Below, piece after piece: positions 1 to 9,639 of a stretch of DNA of 53,149 nt (positions are counted from its first letter, which is position 1; each line of letters begins with the position of its first letter). The notes below the pieces were generated by a model that made no database searches, was not told where the DNA came from, and saw nothing but the letters and a program-made list of their open reading frames with translations. The position numbers and the translations under genes were made by a program. The stretch comes from an uncultured Collinsella sp. (GTDB lineage Bacteria; Actinomycetota; Coriobacteriia; Coriobacteriales; Coriobacteriaceae). The stretch spans positions 1 through 53,149 of the forward strand of contig UQUX01000001.1 in assembly GCA_900544425.1 (NCBI GenBank), in the 5' to 3' direction.

Positions 1-1
1 G

Positions 2-913
2 GAGCTTCATGATGAAGTGATCCACGAACTCCTGAATCTGCTCCTCGGTGAAGGTGCCGTTGGCAAGGTCGCGCTCAGCGTAGATGTCAATGAACGTGGA
101 GGTACGGCCGATGGACATAGCGGCGCCGTTCTGCTCCTTGACGGCAGCGAGGTAGGCGAAGTACATCCACTGGATGGCCTCCTGCGTGTTGGTAGCAGGG
201 TTGGAAATATCGAAACCATAGGTCTCGGCCATCATCTTGAGCTCGCCGAGGGCGCGGATCTGCTCCTGCAGCTCCTCGCGATCGCGGATGTTGTCGGCGG
301 TCATGACCGTCGGGGTGGAAGCCTTCTGGGCCTCCTTGTCCTTGATCAGGTAGTCGACACCGTACAGGGCGACACGACGGTAGTCGCCGATGATGCGGCC
401 GCGGCCATAGCCATCGGGCAGACCGGTGATGATGTGAGCCGAGCGGCAAGCACGCATCTCGGGGGTGTAAACATCGAAGACGCCGGCGTTGTGGGTCTTG
501 CGCTCGAAGGTGTAGCGCTCGACAACGTTCTCGTCGACCTTATAGCCGTGCTGGCTGGCAGCCTGGCAAGCGATGCGGATACCACCGTTGACGTGCAGCG
601 CGCGCTTGAGCGGCTTGTCGGTCTGGAGGCCAACAATGGTCTCCTTGTCGCGATGGGCGTTATCGATGTAGCCAGCGGGGTGGCTCACGATACCCGTGAC
701 GGTCTTGGTGTCCATATCGAGGACACCACCCTGCTCGCGCTCCTTAAGCAGCAGGTCGAGAACCTCGCCCCACAGCTCCTTGGTACGCTCGGTCGGACCG
801 ACGAGGAACGACTCGTCGCCCTCGTAAGGGGTGTAGTTCTTCTGGATGAAGTCTCGGACGTCAACCTCTCCCGTCCAAATGCCTTCCTTGAAGCCTTCCC
901 ATGCCTCCTGCAT
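2..913 (-). CDS. pflB: Pyruvate formate-lyase (formate C-acetyltransferase), 5' part; runs off the left edge
   Basis: Not in the ORF track. Manual translation from ATG 913 (RBS AGGAG) gives MQEAWEGFKEGIWTGEVDVRDFIQKNYTPYEGDESFL...GLQTDKPLKRA...RKTHNAGVFDVYT...GLPDGYGRGRIIGDYRRVALYG, typical PFL motifs. Confidence 0.95.
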   Translation of the reverse strand, partial: MQEAWEGFKEGIWTGEVDVRDFIQKNYTPYEGDESFLVGPTERTKELWGEVLDLLLKEREQGGVLDMDTKTVTGIVSHPAGYIDNAHRDKETIVGLQTDKPLKRALHVNGGIRIACQAASQHGYKVDENVVERYTFERKTHNAGVFDVYTPEMRACRSAHIITGLPDGYGRGRIIGDYRRVALYGVDYLIKDKEAQKASTPTVMTADNIRDREELQEQIRALGELKMMAETYGFDISNPATNTQEAIQWMYFAYLAAVKEQNGAAMSIGRTSTFIDIYAERDLANGTFTEEQIQEFVDHFIMKL

Positions 914-1462
914 TGTGTAACCACGCTCCTAGTTACGTGTAATGCGGCGCTCTCTCACACCGCTGCTTATTGAATTCTTGAATTTTCGGCTTGCACTACC
1001 GGCTTCTTCCGTTCTTCACCACATGTTGGTGCAGGGAAAAACGTTTGTCCACCTTGGAACTGCAACCCAAAACCCAAGATTTCACTCGTTTGAGAAGGAT
1101 AACATAGCGACCCTCTCCATCTGGGCTGTTATATGTTTCTTTTTTTATATCATAAGGGCGTTTTTTACAAACCCGCAGGAAATGCGAGCGTGAACAACTA
1201 CCGTTCACCGATTTGTTTAGTTTTTTCCTTGCCTTTGTACGACGTTCACTCTAGCTGTTATGCCAGCTTTAGCAGGGTAAAGTGCCTCTGAGTGGGCTTT
1301 AGGACGTGCTCAGAGATCTACCCCTAACTTTGCTGATACCGACGGTGTACGGAGGTCGCCTAAAGGTTGTTTTCTAGGCATGTCCCAAAATCTACCGTAT
1401 AGGGTGCGCGTGCGGGGGTATCATCTTTCACCGAAAATAGTTTCTAGTGTTAGGGGTTTTCG

Positions 1463-1912
1463 GTGGAAGATACCGATTTCCGTGAACTTGGGCGTCAGCT
1501 CCTTACCGAGTTCGGCAGCATGCATCAGCGCATTTCGCGTTTTGCGGACAAAGCCCTCGGCGGCGAGATGGCCGTCATGCGCGCCCTCATACTCGCCGGC
1601 GGTTCGCTCACGCCGAGCGAACTCGCTGATCGCGCCTGGGTCTCGAGCGCCCGCATCGCCAATATTCTGCGCGCCCTCGAGGCCAAGGGCTGGGTCGAGC
1701 GCGAGCACTCAAAGACTGACCGTCGTCGCGTACACGTCATAGTGACCGACAAGGGATTCCAGGATCTCGAAATCAAACGTCGGGAATTCGAGGCCCGCAC
1801 CGCGGCTTTCCTCGAGCAGCTCGGCGAAACAGATACCCAAGAGATGGTGCGCCTTCTTAGGCGTGCCAACGAAATTATCGACCGCAATCAAGAAAGGAGA
1901 GATGCCGAGTGA
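1463..1912 (+). CDS. MarR-family transcriptional regulator
   Basis: 149 aa; wHTH (LTPSELADRAWVSSARIANILRALEAKGWVER...DRRRVHV); overlaps the ABC gene start. Confidence 0.9.
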   Translation: MEDTDFRELGRQLLTEFGSMHQRISRFADKALGGEMAVMRALILAGGSLTPSELADRAWVSSARIANILRALEAKGWVEREHSKTDRRRVHVIVTDKGFQDLEIKRREFEARTAAFLEQLGETDTQEMVRLLRRANEIIDRNQERRDAE

Positions 1913-4278
1913 GGATTCTCAAGCTCTTTAAAAAGCATATCCTGGCACTGTTCGCAGCTATCGTGCTTATCGTAATCAGCTGCAACGCCGATCTGGCGCT
2001 GCCTACCTATATGAGCGACATCGTCGACGTGGGTGTGCAGCAAGGCGGCATCGCCTCGCCCGTACCCGACACCATCCGCGCCGAATCGCTCGACGACCTT
2101 GAACTCTTTATGAGCACCAAGGACGCCAAAGCTGTGGAGGCCGTGTTTAGCAAGGCTGACAAAAATGGCATTCGAACGTATAAGGGTACCGAGGAAGAGC
2201 GTGCCGATGGAGGCAAGATTGCCGACATTATGAGCCTGCCCGAGACTGTCGTTCTTTCGCTCAACCAGGGCATTGACGCCAACTCTATGGGCGACATGAT
2301 GGGTTCGTCCACCGAGGCAAGCGATGGCGGCGCCGCTCAGGCCATGCCCACCCCCGAGCAGATGGCGGCGATGACGCCCGAGCAGCTCGCCGAGATGCAG
2401 CAGAAGGCCGCAGCCGCGCAGAGCATGCAAAAGCAGATCGACGCCGACGGCGGCAAGATCACCATGAAGAGCCTGCGCCTAGGCGTTGAAGGCGGTCTTA
2501 TCGATCAGGGCAAGCTCGTCGAGGGCGCCAACCAAATGGCGGACAAAATGGGCTCCATGTCGGGCTCCATCGTCACCCAGCGCGCCGTGAGCTATGTACA
2601 GGACGAGTACAAGGCACAGGGCATCGACCCCGCCGACGTGCAGAACGCCTACCTGAGCCACATGGCGACCACGATGTTTGGGCTGTGCCTGGTGTCGCTC
2701 GTCGCCACCATTCTGACCGGTGCCGTGGCGTCGCGCACCGCCTGCTCCATCGCCCGCGACCTGCGCCGCGAGACCTTCAACAAGGTTATGCACTTCTCGC
2801 CGGCCGAGGTGGGCAAGTTTAGCCAGGCCTCGCTCATCACCCGCTGCACCAACGATATTCAGCAGATCCAGATGGCCGCAACCCTGTTTATCCGCATGTG
2901 CCTGATGGCTCCCGTCATGGGCATCGTCGCCGTCATGCGCGTCCTGGCCAACCACACCGGCCTGGAGTGGACCATCGCCGTGGCCATCATCGCGGTCTCG
3001 GCCGTCGTCGGCGTGCTCATGGGCCTCACCATGCCCAAGTTCAAGAAGATGCAGAGCTTCGTGGACCGCGTGAACCTTACCGCCCGCGAGCTACTCGACG
3101 GCCTTATGCCCATCCGCTCGTTCAACCGCGAGGAGCATGAGCTCGAGCGTTTTGACAAGGCGTCGCTCGACCTGATGACCACGCAGCTCTACACCAACCG
3201 CGCCATGAGCTTTATGATGCCGCTCATGATGCTCGTCATGAACTGCATCACCGTGCTTATCGTCTGGTTTGGCGCGCAGGGCGTGTCCGACGGCGTGATG
3301 CAGGTCGGCAACATGATGGCGTTTATCTCCTACACCATGCAGATCGTCATGGCGTTTATGATCCTCACCATGGTTTCGGTCATCCTGCCCCGCGCCGAGG
3401 TCGCCGCCGAACGCGTGGAAGAGGTCATCACCTGCCCCACGAGCATCAACGACCCCGCCTCGCCCAAACTGCCCGCTGCCAGCTCGCCGCGCGGCGAGCT
3501 CACCTTCCGCGACGTGAGCTTCCAGTATCCCGATGCCCGCGCCGACGTCATCAGCGGCGTGAACTTCACCACGCATGCCGGTCAGATGCTCGGCATTATT
3601 GGCTCCACGGGCTCGGGCAAGTCCACGCTCGTGCAGCTGATTCCGCGCCTGTACGACGTCACGGGCGGCAGCATTTCGCTCGACGGCATCGATGTGCGCG
3701 ACATGACCCTTTCCGAGCTGCGCCGCCGCATCGGTTATATTCCGCAGCAGGGTCGCCTGTTCTCGGGCACCGTCGAGAGCAACCTTAAGTTTGCCGGCGA
3801 CATGGTGAGCGACGAGGACATGTACCGGGCGGCACGCATCGCCCAGGCCGAGGACTTTATCGCCGAGCGCGAGGGCGGCTACGACTCCCCCATCAGCCAG
3901 GGTGGCTCCAATGTTTCGGGCGGTCAGCGACAGCGTCTGGCCATCGCCCGCGCCCTGGCCAAGAAGCCCGAGGTCGTGGTGTTCGATGATTCGTTTAGCG
4001 CGCTTGACTACAAGACCGACGCGCGCCTGCGCGAGGAGCTGGCCAAAAACGTCACCGACGCCGCGCTCGCGGTCGTGGCACAACGCATCGCGACCATCAT
4101 GCACGCCGACCAGATCATTGTACTCGACGACGGTCACGTAGTGGGCACCGGCACGCACGAGGAGCTACTGCGCAGCTGCCCGGCGTACCTGGAAATCGCA
4201 CAGTCGCAGCTTTCCGCCGAGGAGCTGGGGCTTACCCAAGAAGAAATTGCAACCGTTACGGAAGGAGGCGAGCGCTAA
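1909..4278 (+). CDS. Heterodimeric ABC exporter subunit (TMD+NBD, degenerate site) with a large extracytoplasmic loop
   Basis: Walker A GSTGSGKS, signature VSGGQ, degenerate Walker B VFDDS, AQR in place of the H-loop. Confidence 0.92.
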   Translation: MRILKLFKKHILALFAAIVLIVISCNADLALPTYMSDIVDVGVQQGGIASPVPDTIRAESLDDLELFMSTKDAKAVEAVFSKADKNGIRTYKGTEEERADGGKIADIMSLPETVVLSLNQGIDANSMGDMMGSSTEASDGGAAQAMPTPEQMAAMTPEQLAEMQQKAAAAQSMQKQIDADGGKITMKSLRLGVEGGLIDQGKLVEGANQMADKMGSMSGSIVTQRAVSYVQDEYKAQGIDPADVQNAYLSHMATTMFGLCLVSLVATILTGAVASRTACSIARDLRRETFNKVMHFSPAEVGKFSQASLITRCTNDIQQIQMAATLFIRMCLMAPVMGIVAVMRVLANHTGLEWTIAVAIIAVSAVVGVLMGLTMPKFKKMQSFVDRVNLTARELLDGLMPIRSFNREEHELERFDKASLDLMTTQLYTNRAMSFMMPLMMLVMNCITVLIVWFGAQGVSDGVMQVGNMMAFISYTMQIVMAFMILTMVSVILPRAEVAAERVEEVITCPTSINDPASPKLPAASSPRGELTFRDVSFQYPDARADVISGVNFTTHAGQMLGIIGSTGSGKSTLVQLIPRLYDVTGGSISLDGIDVRDMTLSELRRRIGYIPQQGRLFSGTVESNLKFAGDMVSDEDMYRAARIAQAEDFIAEREGGYDSPISQGGSNVSGGQRQRLAIARALAKKPEVVVFDDSFSALDYKTDARLREELAKNVTDAALAVVAQRIATIMHADQIIVLDDGHVVGTGTHEELLRSCPAYLEIAQSQLSAEELGLTQEEIATVTEGGER

Positions 4279-6134
4279 TGGCAGACGAGACCAAGACCCA
4301 AATTCCCAAGCCCACCCGTCAGCGTGGACCCATGGGCCGCATGGGCGGCATGCGTCGCAGCGAAAAGGCCAAGGACTTTAAGGGCACCATGAGGCAGCTG
4401 CTCGGCTATATTGGCCAGCACAAGATTGCCGTGTTTGCCGCCGTCGCCTTTGCCGTGTGCTCGGTCATCTTTAACATTGTGGGGCCCAAGGTGCTCGGCC
4501 AGGTTACGACCAAGCTGTTCGAAGGCCTGGTCGCCAAGGTCAACGGCACCGGCGACGTTGACTTTGACTGGATCGCCAAGACGCTCGGCTTTTTGCTCTG
4601 CCTGTATCTGGCGAGCTCTGTCTGCAGCCTGGTCCAGGGCTGGCTCATGACCGGCGTCACGCAAAAGATCTGCTACCGCATGCGCAAGGAAATCGCCGCC
4701 AAGATTGCCGTCGTACCGATGAGTTACTTCAACGGCCACAGCAAGGGAGACGTACTCAGCCGCATCACCAACGACGTCGATACGCTGGGTCAGTCGCTCA
4801 ACCAGAGCGTGACGCAGCTCATCACGTCGGTGACGCAGATTATCGGCGTGCTCGTCATGATGCTGTCGATCAGCCTGCCGCTCACCGGCGTCACCGTGCT
4901 CACGCTGCCGGCAGCCGCAATTATCTTGATGGTGATGATTCACTTCTCGCAGCCGTACTTCCGCGAGCAGCAGCAGGTCCTGGGCGCCGTCAACGGCATT
5001 ATCGAGGAGGACTTTGCCGGTCAAAACGTCATTCAGGTGTTCGACCGCGCCGAGGCCTCAATCGAGGAGTTCGACCGTCAAAACGACCGCCTGTTTATTA
5101 GTGGCTGGCGTTCGCAGTTCCTGTCGGGCCTGATGATGCCGCTTATGAGCCTGGTGGGCAACATGGGTTACGTGGGCGTTGTCGTGGTGGGCGCGCAGCT
5201 CGCGCTGACCGGCAATGCCACGCCCGGCGACATCCAGAGCTTTATCCAGTACGTGCGCAACTTTACGCAACCCGTGCAGCAGCTGGGCAACGTGAGCAAC
5301 ACGATGCAGTCGATGGCCGCCGCCACCGAGCGCGTGTTTGAGTTCCTGGCCGCGCCCGAGGAGGAACAGAAAGCTGACGCGCAGATTCCCGAGAAGCGCC
5401 CCGGCCACGTGGAGTTTGACCACGTCAAGTTTGGCTACACGCCCGACAAGACCATCATCCACGACTTTAGCTGCGAGGCGCAGCCCGGCCAGACCATCGC
5501 CATCGTCGGCCCCACCGGCGCCGGCAAGACCACGCTCATTAAGCTGCTGCAGCGCTTCTACGACGTGGACGGCGGTTCGCTGCGCGTCGAGGGCGTCGAC
5601 GTGCGCGACTGGGACCGCGCGGCGCTGCGCGGCGAGTTTGCCATGGTGCTGCAGGACACCTGGCTGTTTAACGGCACCATCCGCGAGAACATCCGCTACG
5701 GACGCCCCGATGCGACCGACGCCGAGGTCGAGGCCGCCGCACGCGCCGCACGCTGCGACCACTTTATCCATACGCTCGCCGGCGGTTACGACTTTATGAT
5801 CAACGAGGAGGGCACTAACCTCTCACAGGGCCAGCGCCAGCTCGTGACCATCGCCCGCGCCATTTTGGCCGACCGCCCGGCACTGATTCTGGACGAGGCG
5901 ACTTCCAACGTCGATACCCGCACCGAGGAGCTTATTCAGCGCGCCATGGATGCGCTGATGCAGGGCCGTACCAGCTTTGTCATCGCACACCGCCTGTCCA
6001 CGATCCGCAACGCCGACGTGATCTTGGTGATTCGCGACGGCGATATCGTCGAGAAGGGCACGCACGACGAGTTGCTCGCCCAGGGCGGCTTCTACGCCGA
6101 TCTGTACAACTCGCAGTTCGACGAGGCGGCGTAA
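4278..6134 (+). CDS. Heterodimeric ABC exporter subunit (TMD+NBD, consensus site)
   Basis: GPTGAGKT, LSQGQ, ILDEAT, AHRL; coupled to the upstream gene (TAATG). Confidence 0.93.
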   Translation: MADETKTQIPKPTRQRGPMGRMGGMRRSEKAKDFKGTMRQLLGYIGQHKIAVFAAVAFAVCSVIFNIVGPKVLGQVTTKLFEGLVAKVNGTGDVDFDWIAKTLGFLLCLYLASSVCSLVQGWLMTGVTQKICYRMRKEIAAKIAVVPMSYFNGHSKGDVLSRITNDVDTLGQSLNQSVTQLITSVTQIIGVLVMMLSISLPLTGVTVLTLPAAAIILMVMIHFSQPYFREQQQVLGAVNGIIEEDFAGQNVIQVFDRAEASIEEFDRQNDRLFISGWRSQFLSGLMMPLMSLVGNMGYVGVVVVGAQLALTGNATPGDIQSFIQYVRNFTQPVQQLGNVSNTMQSMAAATERVFEFLAAPEEEQKADAQIPEKRPGHVEFDHVKFGYTPDKTIIHDFSCEAQPGQTIAIVGPTGAGKTTLIKLLQRFYDVDGGSLRVEGVDVRDWDRAALRGEFAMVLQDTWLFNGTIRENIRYGRPDATDAEVEAAARAARCDHFIHTLAGGYDFMINEEGTNLSQGQRQLVTIARAILADRPALILDEATSNVDTRTEELIQRAMDALMQGRTSFVIAHRLSTIRNADVILVIRDGDIVEKGTHDELLAQGGFYADLYNSQFDEAA

Positions 6135-6165
6135 ATTCTGCCGCGGGGAACGAATAACGCCCGAG

Positions 6166-6201
6166 AACGGGGGCGCAGGACAACCTGCGCCCCCGTTTTT
6201 T
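6166..6201 (+). terminator. Rho-independent terminator of the MarR-ABC operon
   Basis: AACGGGGGCGCAGG-ACAA-CCTGCGCCCCCGTT followed by a T run. Confidence 0.85.
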
Positions 6202-6255
6202 CGTCCACGGCACTCGAATTAGCTCTCTTGGGGCCCGATTGACAGCCCCTTCCGG

Positions 6256-6495
6256 ACCCTGTGGCCAAAAAAGGTCAAATATGAGTACTGTTACATTTTT
6301 AGTAGCAGCCAAAACCGCCTCAAATGACCTCTTTGCGGCTTCTATACGCCTTCAAATTAATCAAAACGCCCGTTAGCATGCTTCTGTGTGCCAACGTTAA
6401 TGAACATATTTGCTGTTGTGCCTACTATCTTGTAAGCTCGATATGAGACTACGCCAGCAACAGTACTCATATTTGCCATTTTTTGCCCACGGGGT
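6256..6495. repeat. MITE-like element with ~36-bp imperfect terminal inverted repeats
   Basis: 6257-6292 CCCTGTGGCCAAAAAAGGTCAAATATGAGTACTGTT vs reverse complement of 6459-6494 CCCCGTGGGCAAAAAATGGCAAATATGAGTACTGTT (4 mismatches); AT-rich interior. Confidence 0.65.
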
Positions 6496-6629
6496 ATGCC
6501 GCAGAAGATCCAACTTGCTCCAGCGTGCCGTACGCCGACCCCCTCTTCCGGCGAGTGCCGACATTTTCCCAGATAAAACCGACCAAAATAAACCTGTCCC
6601 TTTTTGGTAGGTTTCGGGGTGACAAGGGC

Positions 6630-6658
6630 TTGCACTTTAGCGTGCGACAGCGGATAAT
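6630..6658 (+). promoter_or_regulatory. Putative sigma70-type promoter of the DAHP synthase gene
   Basis: TTGCAC-17 bp-GATAAT. Confidence 0.55.
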
Positions 6659-6712
6659 GCCGAGCATTCGACAATACGCTTATTGCTCTTTCTATAGATT
6701 GAGGAGGCCCCT

Positions 6713-7744
6713 ATGGCCATGGAATTCAAACGCAAGTTGCCGATCCCCATGGAGATCCGCGAGGAAATGCCGCTTTCTGCCGAGCTTACCGCCAAAAAGC
6801 AGGCATTTGACGCCGAGGTCGCCAAAGTCTTTACCGGCGAGGACGCACGCAAGGTGCTTATCATCGGCCCGTGCTCTGCCGACCGCGAGGATTCGGTGCT
6901 TGAGTACATGAACCGACTGGCCAAGACCGCCGAGGAGGTCAAGGACAAGCTCATCATCATTCCGCGCGTCTACACCAACAAGCCGCGCACCAAGGGCACC
7001 GGCTACAAGGGCCTGCTGCACAACCCCAACCCCGAGGCTCCCGACGATCTGCTCGAGGGCGTCAAGGCCATCCGCCATATGCACCTGCGCGTTATTGAGG
7101 AAACGGGCTTCTTCACCGCCGACGAGATGCTCTATCCGTCCAACTACCAGTACCTCGTTGACCTGCTGAGCTATGTTGCCGTGGGCGCACGCTCGGTCGA
7201 GAACCAGGAGCATCGCCTGGTGTCGAGCGGCATTTCGGTACCCGTCGGCATGAAGAATCCCACTGCCGGCTCTACCACCGTTATGCTCAACTCCATTTAC
7301 GCCGCGCAGGCGCACCAGAGCTTCATCTTCCGCAACTGGGAGGTCGAGTGCGACGGCAATCCGCTCGCACACGCCGTTATGCGTGGCTACATCGGTCTCG
7401 ATGGGCGCACCTACCCCAACTACCACTACGAACACCTGGAACGCCTGGCCGAACGCTATACCGAGCATGCCGGCTATGCCAATCCGGCAGCGGTCATCGA
7501 CTGCAACCACGACAACTCGGGCAAGCGTCCGCTGGAGCAGTATCGCATTTGCAAGGAGGTGCTCGACAGCTGCCGCCGCAACGAGTCCATCTCCAAGCTG
7601 GTCAAGGGCTTTATGATCGAGTCCTACCTGGAGGACGGCAACCAGCCGGTCGACGGCGGTGTCTTTGGCAAGTCGATCACCGATCCGTGCCTGGGCTGGG
7701 AAAAGACCGACTACCTCATCCACGAGATCGCGGAACGTATTTAG
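6713..7744 (+). CDS. 3-deoxy-7-phosphoheptulonate (DAHP) synthase, class I
   Basis: IIGPCS, RVYTNKPRT..GYKG, VGARS, PVGMKN, DCNHDNS, GFMIES, GKSITDPCLGW; RBS GAGGAGG. Confidence 0.93.
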   Translation: MAMEFKRKLPIPMEIREEMPLSAELTAKKQAFDAEVAKVFTGEDARKVLIIGPCSADREDSVLEYMNRLAKTAEEVKDKLIIIPRVYTNKPRTKGTGYKGLLHNPNPEAPDDLLEGVKAIRHMHLRVIEETGFFTADEMLYPSNYQYLVDLLSYVAVGARSVENQEHRLVSSGISVPVGMKNPTAGSTTVMLNSIYAAQAHQSFIFRNWEVECDGNPLAHAVMRGYIGLDGRTYPNYHYEHLERLAERYTEHAGYANPAAVIDCNHDNSGKRPLEQYRICKEVLDSCRRNESISKLVKGFMIESYLEDGNQPVDGGVFGKSITDPCLGWEKTDYLIHEIAERI

Positions 7745-7891
7745 TTACGCGGTTTTACCAAACCGCGTAACGGCTCGACGCTGCAAACCCGCCAGAACGG
7801 CAATCTGCCTTTCAGCTTCGACGGCATGACCAAAAGGTCAATGCCGCCTCGCTTCAAGGCACCTTGCTCGCTCTGGCGGGTTTTCGCTGAC
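7744..7891 (+). repeat. Structured ~148-bp dispersed repeat, family A, copy 1
   Basis: GTTACGCGGTTT-N4-AAACCGCGTAAC hairpin plus a long nested stem; homologous to 11193-11340 and, inverted, 25621-25765. Confidence 0.9.
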
Positions 7892-8061
7892 GTTTTTCGA
7901 CCTGCATCGTTGCCAGAGTTGGCACCAATGACTAATGCGGTAGCAAGCTACGTCGGTCCGATTGATCGGCTGGGTTTTCGAGGTGCCCCAGGTCGCCGCG
8001 AAAGAGGAGCGAAGCGTACTTTGATGAACGGCAAGGTGCCGTGCCTCGGGAAGACAAACAG

Positions 8062-9267
8062 TTACGCCGAGGGTTCCTGCTGCGTGATGCAGTGGATGTT
8101 GCCGCCGCCGAAGACGACCTGCTCGGACTGAACGCCGACGCACTTGTAGACGCCCTCGCCCCAGACCTCGTCATAGATCTTCTGGAGCGTGTCAACGGCA
8201 ATCTGATCGTTCTCGTCGCCGTACTGCGGGACGATAACGCCGTGGTTGGTGACCAGGTAGTTCATGTAGGAGGCGATCAGCGGCTCGTCGGCAACGCGCG
8301 GCTCGGCGTTCTCGTCGGCGTCGATGGTGTCGCAGGAAGCCTGGTCCATGAACAGCGGGTTCACAGGCATGCAGAGCTTGTAGACCTTCATCTTGCGGCC
8401 CTTGGCGTCAACGGCGTTGGAGAGGGTCTCGTAGACGGCGTGGCATTGCTCGTAGAACGGATACTCGGGATCGTCGGTCCAGATGCAGGCCATGACGCCC
8501 GGAGCGATGAACGTAGCGACATCATCGATGTGGCCGTTGGTCTCCTCGGGGTCGATGCCCTCCTTAACCCAGATGACCTTCTCGACACCCAGGTACTCCT
8601 TGAGGTGCTCGTCCATATAGGCGCGAAGTTCCTCGCTCCAGGGCTCAAACTTCCTCTTGAACTTGGGCCAGATGGACTCGGGATCCTCTTCCTCCTCCAG
8701 AACCGCAGAGCAGGTGCGGCCTGGGGAAAGCAGGCACTGGTCGGTCACGACCACAGTGCCTTCGCCGTCGACGGTAATGGAACCGCCCTCGAGGATCATG
8801 TCATCGGGACGATAACGACGGCAGCCGGAAAGCTCAGCTATCTTAAGGGCGATCTGCTCGTCCTTGTCCCACGGGAAATAGAGGCCGTCGACGAGGCCGC
8901 CGTAGGCGTTGAAGTGCCAGTGGTTGGCGCGCTTATCGCCCTTGCCATTGATAACAAAAGTGGCAGCGGTGTCGCGGAACCAAGCGTCGTCGGTGGTCAT
9001 CTCGATAACGGTGACGTTCTCGTCTTCCTCAAAGGCGGCCTTGCAGTTGGCGTAGTCGGCCTGGTTGGCGCACATGGTGACCGGGGTGAACTCGGCGATG
9101 GCGCGAGCGATGGCGGCATACTGCTTCTGAGCCGGCTTGGCACCATGGGCCCAGGTATCGGTGCGATGGGGCCAGCCCATCCACACGCGATCCTGTGGGG
9201 CGAACTCAGCAGGCATAAAGAAGCCATCGGCCTTAGGGGTGGACTCGGACTCGGTGATCGTACGCAT
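8062..9267 (-). CDS. aguA: Agmatine deiminase
   Basis: Start moved to ATG 9267 (RBS GGAGG); MPAEF, WPHR.D.W, DAWFRD, LEGGSI..DGEGT, TNGHIDD, ASYMNY, GGGNIHCITQQ. Confidence 0.93.
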   Translation of the reverse strand: MRTITESESTPKADGFFMPAEFAPQDRVWMGWPHRTDTWAHGAKPAQKQYAAIARAIAEFTPVTMCANQADYANCKAAFEEDENVTVIEMTTDDAWFRDTAATFVINGKGDKRANHWHFNAYGGLVDGLYFPWDKDEQIALKIAELSGCRRYRPDDMILEGGSITVDGEGTVVVTDQCLLSPGRTCSAVLEEEEDPESIWPKFKRKFEPWSEELRAYMDEHLKEYLGVEKVIWVKEGIDPEETNGHIDDVATFIAPGVMACIWTDDPEYPFYEQCHAVYETLSNAVDAKGRKMKVYKLCMPVNPLFMDQASCDTIDADENAEPRVADEPLIASYMNYLVTNHGVIVPQYGDENDQIAVDTLQKIYDEVWGEGVYKCVGVQSEQVVFGGGNIHCITQQEPSA

Positions 9268-9550
9268 AAGATTTCCTCCAAATCGAACGATCGCTTGCTG
9301 CGGGCGGGTTACCCGCAGCCTAAAACCAAGAGATGGTAGGCGCCCGTTCCCCGGCAAAGGTCGGGGCGCCTGGCACCGGTTTTCACGGATGTCGCACCGG
9401 CAAGCGACGACGTAACCCGGTGCGCGGAGACAAAACGCACGAAGGATACGGAAGAGAGATTGGGGCGGGCGGTGGTTACCGGAGCAATAGCTCACACCCA
9501 CCTCAGGGAAAGGTTAGCAAACCTGTTGCTTGGGCACGCCTCCGAAGAGG

Positions 9551-9639
9551 CTAGAGTATCCCGAGTCGGGAGCGACAAGCCCGACGAAGCGTACGTTGGT
9601 ACGCGAGGAAGGTTGGAGCCCCGAATCTGGGTGCTCTAG
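9551..9639. repeat. Imperfect hairpin at the permease stop codon, sharing the GAAGCGTAC/GTACGCGA core of family A
   Basis: CTAGAGTATCC...GAAGCGTACGTTGGTACGCGA...GGGTGCTCTAG. Confidence 0.55.

Noticed and set aside
17..973. 318-aa plus-strand ORF
   Set aside because: Antisense shadow of pflB, which is the real gene on the minus strand.
1320..1457. ACCCCTAAC / GTTAGGGGT inverted pair upstream of marR
   Set aside because: Only 9 bp and ~120 bp apart; could be MarR half-sites but is too weak to call.
2341..2400. Short internal repeat TPEQMAAM/TPEQLAEM in the ABC exporter loop, and Ala/Pro-rich linkers in the EIICBs
   Set aside because: Ordinary low-complexity linkers; frames are intact.
6357..6674. 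Small ORFs in the ABC-DAHP synthase intergenic region (possible leader peptide)
   Set aside because: No RBS, no aromatic-codon cluster, and they lie mostly upstream of the predicted promoter, overlapping the MITE-like element.
9268..9501. 78-aa N-terminal extension of AguA
   Set aside because: A strong GGAGG RBS precedes ATG 9267, and family similarity starts there.
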